NCBI GenBank assembly: GCA_034505955.1
Contig: JAPDQK010000031.1
Location: 2,320-66,319 of the forward strand
Direction: 5' to 3'
DNA from: Candidatus Zhuqueibacter pondensis
GTDB taxonomy: Bacteria; Zhuqueibacterota; Zhuqueibacteria; Zhuqueibacterales; Zhuqueibacteraceae
Length of the DNA: 64,000 nucleotides
The notes under the pieces were generated by a model. That model was not told the origin of the DNA and did not search any database. It saw only the letters and a list, made by a program, of their open reading frames with translations. This document shows, piece after piece, positions 39,282 to 47,925 of the stretch (position 1 is the first letter of the stretch; each line of letters opens with the position of its first letter). Both the position numbers and the translations under genes were made by a program.

Positions 39282-39602
39282 ATGACTACGACGGAAACAA
39301 CTGATAAGATCACCCAACGAATTGTGGAGCTTTTTCATCCACTTCGCGTCATTCTATTTGGTTCTCGAGCTCGCGGCGACGCGCGGATTGACAGCGACTT
39401 CGACTTGCTTATCATTGCGCCATCAGATAAACCTCGCTGGCAGCGAACCGTGCCGGTGTATCGTGCATTGGCAGGGATGGGTGTTCCCAAAGATATTGTG
39501 TGGTGGACGCCGGAAGAGATTGAAGAGTGGAGTAGTGTGAAGTCACATTTTATTAATACGGTGCTTCGCGAAGGTAAGGTACTCTATGAAAACTCCAATT
39601 GA
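39282..39602 (+). CDS. MNT-type nucleotidyltransferase (antitoxin of HEPN/MNT module)
   Basis: LFGSRARGDARIDSDFDLLI matches the GSxxRG...SDxD minimal nucleotidyltransferase motif. The 3' end overlaps the HEPN gene by 17 nt. Start uncertain (39243 or 39282). Confidence 0.8.
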   Translation: MTTTETTDKITQRIVELFHPLRVILFGSRARGDARIDSDFDLLIIAPSDKPRWQRTVPVYRALAGMGVPKDIVWWTPEEIEEWSSVKSHFINTVLREGKVLYENSN

Positions 39603-39999
39603 CAACGCGAAAGCACTCTTACAAAAAGCGGCAAATGATTTGATAGCGGCACAAGCCACAATGGCCACAGGGCAAGCGCTGGATACTGTCTGCTTTCATG
39701 CCCAGCAAGCCGTTGAGAAGAGCTTGAAGGCGATACTTGCGCTGCATGACGTAGAATATCCGCGACGACACGATTTGGCTGAATTGATAGAGCTGGTCAA
39801 GCCGCGTTTAGCGGAGATTGCGCTCTATGAAAATCGCATCAACAGCTTGACCCCTTTCGCCGTGGAAATTCGATATGACACCGCATTCGATCCAACAAGT
39901 GAAGAGGCCAATGAAGCGGTGAACCTCGCCGTGGAGTTTCACATATTTATCAGCAAAATTGTCGAATCCTCGCGCCCCGATATCCAAAGGACCACCTAG
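39586..39999 (+). CDS. HEPN domain protein (toxin of HEPN/MNT module)
   Basis: 137 aa, all-helical, with the conserved EYPRRHDLAELIE segment typical of HEPN partners of MNT. Overlapping gene pair. Confidence 0.8.
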   Translation: MKTPIDNAKALLQKAANDLIAAQATMATGQALDTVCFHAQQAVEKSLKAILALHDVEYPRRHDLAELIELVKPRLAEIALYENRINSLTPFAVEIRYDTAFDPTSEEANEAVNLAVEFHIFISKIVESSRPDIQRTT

Positions 40000-40493
40000 G
40001 GCTTGAAAACAAGATTGCGACGAGTAAACCTCCAGCCTATTTTACCTTTACCGAAGCGAGTTTTTTGTTTTGACAATCAATGCGCACGATATAATGTCAG
40101 AGCGGACTTGGGGAAGTTCATCAGCAAAACGTTCTTTTAGAAGTACGCGCCCCCAACGGGCATGACTTCAGAAGCGTAGCCGGTGGCTATCGCCACTTTG
40201 ATTGAATAAGATTCCAGCTTGAACCGATGATCACCGGCTACACCCATCGAGATTTAGTTTCGCAAATATTTTTGACAGACGAACGGCCTATCTCTTCGGC
40301 CCTGCCTTTCTCACCTCAATCGGACATTCCGCCTCGAACTTCTTGAAGTTCTCAATGAAGCGTAAATCCCTGGTGATTCAGTACAGCTCGCAGTTCTTTT
40401 GCTTCCTGCGCAATTCGGTGGAATATGATCAGGGCCATCACATAAATATACACGGGAAATGAGGCAATCGGTGGTCAAGTTCTTCCGCTGCCA

Positions 40494-42707
40494 TTACAGT
40501 TTCTGCAACTCTGTCAAGGCACAAACAGCGCTCAATGCTTCGGCAAACGCCTTGGCGGTCGAAAAACGTTTGGCCTTGTCTTTGGCCATCGCTTGCACGA
40601 GCACGGCATCGAGCGCTGGGGACAATGCGGGATTGAGATCGGAGACCAGAATCGGCATCTGCGAGAGTATACGGTTGGAAATGGTCGCGATCGATTCGCC
40701 CAGAAACGGTCGATGGCCGGTGGCCATTTCATAAACGATCACGCCGAGCGAAAAAATGTCGGATTGGCCGTCGACTTTTTCGCCGCGAATTTGCTCGGGC
40801 GACATGTAACTTGGCGTTCCCAACACCGCGCCCTCCTGCGTCAACGTCGAGTACGCCACATGCGCAATGCCGAAGTCCATCACTTTTACCACGCCGTCGT
40901 TGGTGATCATGATATTCGCCGGCTTGATGTCGCGATGCACGACACCGTTGCGATGCGCGTAATCGAGCGCCTCGCAAATCGGCATGACGAGACGGCAGAT
41001 CTCTTCCAGCGGCAGCGGCGCGCGTTTGGCGATAATTTGCTCGAGGGTTTCACCTTCCAGAAATTCCATTGCGATAAACGAGTACGGCCCGGCCTCATCG
41101 GCTTGGTAAATGGTAACAATGTTGGGATGACTCAGCGCACCGGCGGCTTGCGCTTCGCGGAGAAAACGTTGGCGCAGACGTTCACCGCCGATCTCCGCCA
41201 TGTCGGTACGAATCGTTTTGATCGCCACCCGGCGATTGATGGTGGGATCATAGCCCTCATAAATTTTGCCCATGGCGCCGGCGCCAATCTCGCCGATGAT
41301 GTCGAAGCGTCCGAGGCGCACCAGTTGTCCCCGGGTGTCGGTGAGCACGACTTTTGTCTCGGCGCCGAGTGCAAAGACACGGTGACGATGCAGCCCCAGT
41401 TGTTTTCGGAGCAGCGCGGTTATCCCGCCGGTGGTTATCACCGCGAGAATCATCCCCATGCTTTTGAACCAAATGTGGCCGAGTGTGAAAAATCCGAACG
41501 CGCTCACCCACGCCAGCAGCACCAGTGCCAATAACGCGACGCCCACATACAATCGTGGTAAACGCAACGCTGCAAACGCCGCCACCAACCCGAAGACCAA
41601 CAGCGCCAAAAGCTCGACAATCTCGACAGCGGCATGACGGATCAACAACTCCTGCTGCAAAATGTTCGAGATCGAAGTCGCGAGCTTTTCAACACCGGGC
41701 AGACGAGTGGCAAATGGCGTTTGCAAAAAATCTTGCGTTCCGGCCGCAGTCACACCAATGCAAACTAATTTACCGGCAAGTTTTGGAGTCTCCTGTAGTA
41801 AAACGGTGGCAGCAGAAGTTTGCGGAAAAGCACCGGTGGCACCATAGTAATTAATCAAACTCCAACCACGTCGATCCGTGGGCACAAGGATTTCGCCGAT
41901 TTGAATGCCGGCACCGACTTTAACCTGCACCTGCGCCCGCGTCAGTTGCAAGTAATTCATCACCGCTTGCACGGGCAACGACGGGAAGTATGACTCCCCA
42001 TAACGCACAATCTGCGCCTCCCAACGGATCGTCGCATCGCCAAAGTGTTCTTCCGGAAAAAGATTGATGTGACCACCGGGTCGACTCGCCGCCAGCAATG
42101 CGGCAGCCGAATAGTGGATGGCTCCGGCTGTGACTGGCGGATAACTGGAAAATTTTCCGGGAAAGTCAAACAGCAGGTAAGCGCTCGCCGCCAGATTTTC
42201 TGGGAGCACAACTGTTTCCACACGCCTGCCCAAATCTGAAAAATAATAGGGGAACAGCACTTTCCCGGAAGCGGCGGCAACGTCCGCCAGCGCCTGGGTA
42301 CCGGCAGCATCTTCCGGTTTATCCGGCAGCATGAGATCACAAACCACCAACTTGGGATTGCCGGCTACAATGCGCTCGAGCAGTTGCGCCAGCTTCTGGC
42401 GCGGCCATGGCCAGCCTCCGACTTCTTGCAGGCTGCGATCATCAATCGTGACGAGATGAATGCGTTTGTCCGGCGCGATCGGTCCGCGCAGTCGAAAGAA
42501 AAGATCGAGATTGCTTCGCTCCAGGCGCTCGAAATTTTCGGCAAGAGGAACGAGGTGAAGATGAATCATCGCCACCAGCAGGAGGACCGCGCTCCCGGCA
42601 ATCAACGGCAACCGGTTTCGCACCAAATGGGAGTGGCCGCGCGAAATTTTTGCGGGACGCGACGAAAGAGATTCTGACGGCGCGGGATTCACGTTAACGT
42701 TCGGCAT
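40494..42707 (-). CDS. CHASE2 sensor domain Ser/Thr protein kinase
   Basis: Canonical CHASE2 signature IHLVTIDDRSLQEVGGWPWPRQKLAQLL...VVCDLMLPD, three TM helices, and a Hanks kinase (VAIKTI, HRDIKPANIMI, DFGIA, GTPSYMSPEQ). Start set to the ATG at 42707, a 14-nt overlap with the upstream gene. The ORF track extends to 42806. Confidence 0.85.
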   Translation of the reverse strand: MPNVNVNPAPSESLSSRPAKISRGHSHLVRNRLPLIAGSAVLLLVAMIHLHLVPLAENFERLERSNLDLFFRLRGPIAPDKRIHLVTIDDRSLQEVGGWPWPRQKLAQLLERIVAGNPKLVVCDLMLPDKPEDAAGTQALADVAAASGKVLFPYYFSDLGRRVETVVLPENLAASAYLLFDFPGKFSSYPPVTAGAIHYSAAALLAASRPGGHINLFPEEHFGDATIRWEAQIVRYGESYFPSLPVQAVMNYLQLTRAQVQVKVGAGIQIGEILVPTDRRGWSLINYYGATGAFPQTSAATVLLQETPKLAGKLVCIGVTAAGTQDFLQTPFATRLPGVEKLATSISNILQQELLIRHAAVEIVELLALLVFGLVAAFAALRLPRLYVGVALLALVLLAWVSAFGFFTLGHIWFKSMGMILAVITTGGITALLRKQLGLHRHRVFALGAETKVVLTDTRGQLVRLGRFDIIGEIGAGAMGKIYEGYDPTINRRVAIKTIRTDMAEIGGERLRQRFLREAQAAGALSHPNIVTIYQADEAGPYSFIAMEFLEGETLEQIIAKRAPLPLEEICRLVMPICEALDYAHRNGVVHRDIKPANIMITNDGVVKVMDFGIAHVAYSTLTQEGAVLGTPSYMSPEQIRGEKVDGQSDIFSLGVIVYEMATGHRPFLGESIATISNRILSQMPILVSDLNPALSPALDAVLVQAMAKDKAKRFSTAKAFAEALSAVCALTELQKL

Positions 42708-43677
42708 CGAGATCGCGATCGCGTTGTTGGTTCCATCGCACCCAATCGAGGTCCGCGCCGTGATCGACAAAACGACTCGGCTCGGAGGAACGGCCATCCC
42801 GGCCAATCACTACTTGTTGCTGCGCGCGCACCAACTTGACCCAGGTTTCCAAAGGGACCCGTTGCGGCCCGGGAACCTGTTGCGGCGGTGGCACTTGTTG
42901 CGGCGGACCGACTTGTTGCGGACGAATGAGACTGCTGCCGCCGCGCACTTCCACCGTGCCTTCATAAACCCGCACATTGGTTGTACTGTCGGCGGCAACG
43001 GTGGCGCGATAAGCCGTGCCTTGCACACCGGCAATCGCGGTCGGGAATTTGACCTCGACTTTGGGCTGGCGGCTGAAAATTTTGGTGACGCGTGTCCACA
43101 ACGAACCCAAAGAAAGATCGAACTGGGCTTGTGCCGGTGGTGCATGGGCATGGAGTGTTTGGGCGCGCAAGAGTTTGGTAATTTTCAAATGTGAATTGGC
43201 GGCAAGACGCATGACGCTGCGATTATCCAACACCAATTCAGCCCGTGCCTTTGCGCCGGTTTGGATTTCATCGCCGGGACCCAAAAACAAATTCGGTTGC
43301 ACTGGAATAAAATCACCCTGGTTGCCACGACGATATTGCACCGGTCCATCGTAAAAAGTGACAACTGCCTGCAGCGCTGCGGTGCGAAGCTGCTCCGAAC
43401 TCGGCTCCGGCGCCGAGCGCAGGGGAAAAATCAACGAGTCGCCGGGATGAATCAGGTTGAGGTTGGCGAGGTGAGAATTGGCCTGTTTCAAAACCGTGAA
43501 CAGCGAATCATTGAAAAAACCGTAATAGCGCACGGCAAGATAACTCACCGTATCGCCACGGCGAACAATGAACGTCTTGTGGGAAATTGGTGAGTGGCTG
43601 GAGAACATAAAGGGGGAGACAAGAATGCCAGTCACCACCAGCAGAGATCTAAACATTGGCGGAGATTGGGATCTCAT
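42694..43677 (-). CDS. Secreted LysM domain plus FecR-like domain protein
   Basis: 327 aa with a signal-like N-terminus. LysM (FIVRRGDTVSYLAVRYYG...NLIHPGDSLIFP). FecR-like beta-rich region (ELVLDNRSVMRLAANSHLKI...VKFPTAIAGVQGTAYR...VRVYEGTVEV). Pro/Gln-rich tail. Confidence 0.7.
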   Translation of the reverse strand: MRSQSPPMFRSLLVVTGILVSPFMFSSHSPISHKTFIVRRGDTVSYLAVRYYGFFNDSLFTVLKQANSHLANLNLIHPGDSLIFPLRSAPEPSSEQLRTAALQAVVTFYDGPVQYRRGNQGDFIPVQPNLFLGPGDEIQTGAKARAELVLDNRSVMRLAANSHLKITKLLRAQTLHAHAPPAQAQFDLSLGSLWTRVTKIFSRQPKVEVKFPTAIAGVQGTAYRATVAADSTTNVRVYEGTVEVRGGSSLIRPQQVGPPQQVPPPQQVPGPQRVPLETWVKLVRAQQQVVIGRDGRSSEPSRFVDHGADLDWVRWNQQRDRDLDAER

Positions 43678-44062
43678 AATACTGTAATTTGGTAAATTTT
43701 CTCGTGCTTTTTAAAATAATGTTCGCAAACAGTTTTTTTGTCTGCCTGCGCCCGCAGGTTCCGTTTGGAATAATGAAACGGACTTCGTCTTGACTTCCCG
43801 GCAAGAAGCCACAACAGGTGTCCACTCAATGACAGTGGATGACTCAGAAAAGTTCACCGTGCTCGTATGTCAGCCATCGAACAACACATAAACCGGCATC
43901 TGCATTGGCAGGCACGTGTTTGAGTTTGCGAAGAGTATTCTTGCGCAGATACAGTCCGGAACAAAACGCTTGCCACAGGTCATGTGGACGGTGATAAAGG
44001 CCACCCCGTATTCAAACTCACGCCCTTCATGTGTATCGAAATGCCAACCGCTCACCTCGAAG

Positions 44063-44227
44063 TATACTGGTTTAGGGTAATTCTTGTATGCTACCAAACT
44101 CGTCTGTCATTCTGGAAGAATCTTTTTTAGCATCAAGTAAAACGTTAGAAATTCAGGCTTTACTTCATGCGTAAAAAGATTCCTCCTGAAAGACATCGCA
44201 GTAAAATTTTCACCCTAAACGAGTATA
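44063..44227 (+). mobile_element. MITE family 2, copy c (shorter, lacks one REP-like unit)
   Basis: tatactggtttagggt...caccctaaacgagtata, same termini and core as copies a and b. Confidence 0.8.
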
Positions 44228-44601
44228 GAGACTGGTTTTGGGCTTGGCGCTTTTAGAATCGTCAATACTAATGGTGAGACACTCAGGATTGGCGCGTTTT
44301 GGTTCTCTTCCAACACCCGGCGCGTGAGCGGATGCAAACAACAGCGCCGGAGGTCTTGAACCTCCCATGAGCTGCAGGTGAAAAAATCCGTGAACGGGGA
44401 TTGAGCCGTTGCATTCGGGATCAAACGATTGAGCTTGGCAATCGTCCTTGTGCCAGTGCAGGCCAAATCGACCTCGCTGAAATTCTTGAGATGGCGTTGC
44501 CGCGGCTCACTCAAATGCAATTTGAGAAAGAACAAAATTTTGCCGGCGCACAGAAAATATAGGTCGCGCAAGAGACAAAAGCAAGAACAAGGTTTTGTCA
44601 A
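44215..44601 (-). pseudogene. N-terminal fragment of a DDE transposase (IS701/IS4-like), truncated at a MITE
   Basis: The 128-aa ORF LHLSEPRQRHLKNFSEVDLACTGTRTIAKLNRL...QSPFTDFFTCSSWEVQDLRR resembles the N-terminal ~100 aa of IS701-type transposases. There is no DDE core, and the reading frame runs into MITE copy c. Confidence 0.4.
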
Positions 44602-44626
44602 ATGCGAGACCGGCTTTGACTTCTTT

Positions 44627-45481
44627 TCAATTCTTGATCACCAAATACAACCCGCCAGCGACACGAACCACATCCAGGATCGGTCGCGCCCATTTCGATA
44701 ATTCAATGCGATGATCGCGGCCATGCAGGTCAAAAATAACGATGCCATCATTTCTGTATTGTCTCTTGTAATCGAACCAGACATTGTGCAGCGATTTGTC
44801 ATAAACAATATTCTGAATAAACCAGTAAATCATCACCGAGCCGATCATCCTGACTGCATAGCGTTTTATTGTTACTTTTCTCTGGCCAAACTCCATGCCC
44901 GCGGCAAAGCCTGAAGTCAGGTAGCCGAGATGTGCGAGATTTTTGATAAAATGCCAATGCCGGTAATTTGCATTGAAAATATAACTCTGGTGATTGGGCG
45001 CATCCTGAATCGCATCCTGATAATGATCGAAAAAAGCCGCCCACCAAAAGGCACCCAGCCCCAGCCATTTGAGTAACGAAGAGGATTGGCGTTGAGCCGA
45101 GGAACTGCTCGATGGCAATATCAAAGAACTCCATGGTAAAATTGATGCATCCAAAGGAGTAAAGCAAGCAATTTGTTTCAACGACGGTTGCGTCGCAGGA
45201 AGACCGTGCGTTCCGAAATACAGCAGATTGATGGGAACGGGATCGGGCTCGCAAAACTTATATTGAATGGAAAAGGGATGACGTTGAGATTTCAGGCTGA
45301 GCTGAGGATGCCGACGCGTATTTTCCCCGGGAATCGCGGGTTGTTGAAAAAAACAGACAGCGGTTGAAATGAGTGTCGTTGATGAATCTGTTGAAACAAT
45401 CTGCGGTCTTGAGTAGGTGGCTCCTGTGCTCGCCAACAACCAGAGCGATATTAACCGGAGAAAGACCTCGAACGCTTTCAT
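44627..45481 (-). CDS. Hypothetical secreted/membrane protein
   Basis: About 284 aa from the ATG at 45481 (MKAFEVFLRLISLWLLASTGATYS, signal-like). No recognisable motif. Confidence 0.45.
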   Translation of the reverse strand: MKAFEVFLRLISLWLLASTGATYSRPQIVSTDSSTTLISTAVCFFQQPAIPGENTRRHPQLSLKSQRHPFSIQYKFCEPDPVPINLLYFGTHGLPATQPSLKQIACFTPLDASILPWSSLILPSSSSSAQRQSSSLLKWLGLGAFWWAAFFDHYQDAIQDAPNHQSYIFNANYRHWHFIKNLAHLGYLTSGFAAGMEFGQRKVTIKRYAVRMIGSVMIYWFIQNIVYDKSLHNVWFDYKRQYRNDGIVIFDLHGRDHRIELSKWARPILDVVRVAGGLYLVIKN

Positions 45482-45637
45482 AGTTGATTCCATGACAAGT
45501 AAGAGTTGAATTGAAGGCGTAACAAATGAAAACAATATACGAAACCGAAGAAAAATTTCCAAGTACGCAATGAAGGTTTGAGTAATTCCCTCGGTGATTG
45601 GTGGATCATATAGCCTGCCCCGTCATGCCTGCCCCCC

Positions 45638-45676
45638 CTACGGGCGTAGCCTACGGGCGTAGCCTACGGGCGTAGC
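45638..45676. repeat. Three perfect tandem copies of the 13-nt REP-like unit CTACGGGCGTAGC
   Basis: ctacgggcgtagc ctacgggcgtagc ctacgggcgtagc, read directly from the sequence. Confidence 0.95.
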
Positions 45677-45738
45677 CAGCCGCAGGCCGGGGCTCGTAAG
45701 CATCTTCATTAACATGAGCAATGTTCTTGTACTTAAGA

Positions 45739-45788
45739 AGATTCCCTACGGGCGTAGCCTTCGGACGCAGTCTTTACACAATGACAGG
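45739..45788 (-). repeat. Partial MITE family 2 core fragment
   Basis: agattccctacgggcgtagccttcggacgcagtctt..atgacagg matches the reverse complement of the gtcattctggaagactgcgtccgtag...cagggaatct core. Confidence 0.6.
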
Positions 45789-45870
45789 CGTGGGAATTAT
45801 CCATTCCCCCAGTAAGCGAGGCATTACAGGGTTGACATTGAAGCAGGAGCTAATTATCTTTCTCTAAAAA

Positions 45871-45969
45871 GTGTTCGAGAAGTCGACTTTTGTTCAGTCC
45901 CAGAGGCCACGCCCGTAGCTTACGGGCGTAGCCTCTGGGCGTGGTCATCGGGACTTTTCAAATACGCTC
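45871..45969. repeat. Foldback repeat family 3, full hairpin copy
   Basis: gtgttcgagaagtcgacttttgttcag...cagaggccacgcccgtagcttacgggcgtagcctctg...gggacttttcaaatacgctc. The central long palindrome contains the REP-like unit. Confidence 0.6.
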
Positions 45970-46016
45970 CAAGATCATTAAAGATTGCATGATGAATTTT
46001 ACTTCATGGCGATTTT

Positions 46017-47330
46017 ATGTTTTCCGCTCATTATCATTGTCTCAACCATTGCCTCGGTGAATACCGCCTCGATACCATCATCTACAACTGTCCGCATTGT
46101 GGTGATCTGCTCGAAGTGCGACACGATCTCGATGCACTGCGGCAAAAATCTGCCGCGGAATGGAAGATGCTATTCGATCAGCGTTATCGGGGCATGCAAT
46201 GGCCGTACAACTTCGGCGTTTGGGGCAAAAAAGAATGGGTTAATCCCCACGTTGCCGACGAGAATATCGTCTCGCTCGGTGAAGGCGGCACGCATCTGTT
46301 TCGCGCCGAACGTTTTGGCAAATGGATCGGCCTGGACAATCTTTGGGTGAAGCAATGCGGCAACAGCCACACCGGCTCGTTCAAAGATTTGGGCATGACC
46401 GTGCTTGTTTCGCAAGTCAGGCAGATCCTTGCCAACGGCAAAAAGATTCGTGCCGTGGTTTGTGCTTCCACTGGCGACACCTCGGCCTCGCTGGCGGCGT
46501 ATTGTGCGGCCGCCGGCATTCCCGCGGTGGTTTTATTACCTAAAGAGAAGATCAGTCCCGCACAGCTCATCCAGCCCATCGCCAACGGCGCATTGACGCT
46601 GGCGCTTGATACGGATTTCGATGGTTGCATGGCGATTGTGAAAGAGTTGGCCAGGCGACCGGATATCTATCTTGCCAACTCGATGAACTCGCTGCGTCTC
46701 GAAGGACAGAAAACCATCTCGATCGAGATCACGCAACAACTCGGTTGGGAAGCACCGGACTGGGTGATCGTGCCCGGCGGCAATCTCGGCAACATCTCCG
46801 CCATTGGCCGAGGCTTTCTCATGATGCGTGATCTCGGCTTGATTGATTGCCTGCCGCGACTCGTCTGCGCACAGGCCGAAAAAGCCAATCCATTGTATGA
46901 AAGCTACAAAACCGGCTTTCGCGAATTCCATCCCAGGAAGGCCGCGCCGACAGTCGCGAGCGCCATTCAAATCGGTAATCCCGTGAGTGTAAAAAGAGCC
47001 ATCGCAATGCTGAAAGAGTTTGATGGCATCGTCGAACAGGCGAGCGAGGACGAACTTGTCAACGCCGCGGCACTCGGCGACAAAGCTGGACTCTTCAACT
47101 GTCCGCACACCGGCGTCGCGCTGGCGGCGCTCATCAAACTCATCGAGCGTGGTGAGATCAAAAGGAATCATCGCGTGGTGGTGATCTCGACGGCGAACGG
47201 TCTGAAGTTTCCAGAGTTCAAAGTGCGTTACCATCTCGGGCAGTTGGCGGAAGTGAAACCGCGACACCGCAACGGCCTGGTGGAGGTTCCGGCAGATTTG
47301 GAGATGGTGATGGAAGCGATCGCGCGATAA
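46017..47330 (+). CDS. thrC: Threonine synthase
   Basis: 437 aa with an N-terminal Zn-ribbon-like CLNHC...CPHCG, the PLP-lysine motif GSFKDLGMT, and the fold-type II PLP layout. Confidence 0.9.
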   Translation: MFSAHYHCLNHCLGEYRLDTIIYNCPHCGDLLEVRHDLDALRQKSAAEWKMLFDQRYRGMQWPYNFGVWGKKEWVNPHVADENIVSLGEGGTHLFRAERFGKWIGLDNLWVKQCGNSHTGSFKDLGMTVLVSQVRQILANGKKIRAVVCASTGDTSASLAAYCAAAGIPAVVLLPKEKISPAQLIQPIANGALTLALDTDFDGCMAIVKELARRPDIYLANSMNSLRLEGQKTISIEITQQLGWEAPDWVIVPGGNLGNISAIGRGFLMMRDLGLIDCLPRLVCAQAEKANPLYESYKTGFREFHPRKAAPTVASAIQIGNPVSVKRAIAMLKEFDGIVEQASEDELVNAAALGDKAGLFNCPHTGVALAALIKLIERGEIKRNHRVVVISTANGLKFPEFKVRYHLGQLAEVKPRHRNGLVEVPADLEMVMEAIAR

Positions 47331-47350
47331 CAGGCTGATTATGAAAAAGC

Positions 47351-47378
47351 TTGACTTTTGCCAGGAATTTTCTAATTT
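47351..47378 (+). promoter_or_regulatory. Sigma-70-like promoter candidate for the small two-gene cassette
   Basis: TTGACT (47351-47356), 16-nt spacer, TAATTT (47373-47378). Confidence 0.3.
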
Positions 47379-47411
47379 TTAGGATGAACATTTTCTCAAA
47401 AAGAATCAGCC

Positions 47412-47624
47412 ATGATCTACATTCAGATACCAGAAAAACAGGATGCCAAAGGACTCTATGTGCTGATGACCAATGGCACTGTAAAATGCTTGCCGGACAA
47501 CGTTTACATTATCAACAAGGATCAGCTCAAACTGCTTGATAAACATAAGATTCGTTATAAACGGCTCAAGCCAGGGGATGTGAAGCTTACTGAGCCAAAG
47601 GCCTATGGCAATGAGGAAATATGA
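47412..47624 (+). CDS. Small hypothetical protein (70 aa), first gene of an overlapping pair
   Basis: ATG start in an AT-rich region. Lys-rich. Overlaps the next ORF by 14-20 nt. Confidence 0.5.
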   Translation: MIYIQIPEKQDAKGLYVLMTNGTVKCLPDNVYIINKDQLKLLDKHKIRYKRLKPGDVKLTEPKAYGNEEI

Positions 47625-47925
47625 GGTTTATCTGCCCATCAAGTACAATGATGGGACAGACATTGAGCCGGAAAAATTTCGTCAAGTTAAAGTTGAGCTT
47701 TCGGCGATATTTGGTGGTCTCACTATGAGCCCCGTGGCTGCACCTTTTGAGGGGATATGGATTCATCAAGGAGTTGAATATCGGGATATGGTCATCAAGC
47801 TGGAGATTATCACTTCTGATGATGAAAAAATTGAAAAATTTTTCAGAGATTACAAGGAAATACTCAAAGAGGTTTTTCAGCAAAAAGAAATTTTAATAAC
47901 CATTCAGGAAGTACGAACTCTTTAA
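47605..47925 (+). CDS. Small hypothetical protein (104-106 aa), second gene of an overlapping pair
   Basis: MRKYEVYLPIKYNDGTDIEPEKF...FGGLT... looks like a compact alpha/beta domain. I recall similar unannotated proteins but cannot name a family. Confidence 0.55.
   Translation: MAMRKYEVYLPIKYNDGTDIEPEKFRQVKVELSAIFGGLTMSPVAAPFEGIWIHQGVEYRDMVIKLEIITSDDEKIEKFFRDYKEILKEVFQQKEILITIQEVRTL

Noticed and set aside
40071-40096. Perfect TTGACA / TATAAT hexamers as a strong promoter
   Set aside because: The spacer is only 14 nt, well below the functional 16-18 nt range. Kept only as a note within the finding on this spacer.
43870-44097. 75-aa minus-strand ORF
   Set aside because: Its N-terminal part is encoded by the terminal inverted repeat of MITE copy c, and it has no RBS. 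At best it is the remnant of a disrupted gene.
45638-45676. Possible CRISPR array, suggested by direct repeats of CTACGGGCGTAGC
   Set aside because: The units are 13 nt long and directly abutting with no spacers. There are no cas genes in the window. The unit is the same palindromic REP-like motif dispersed elsewhere.
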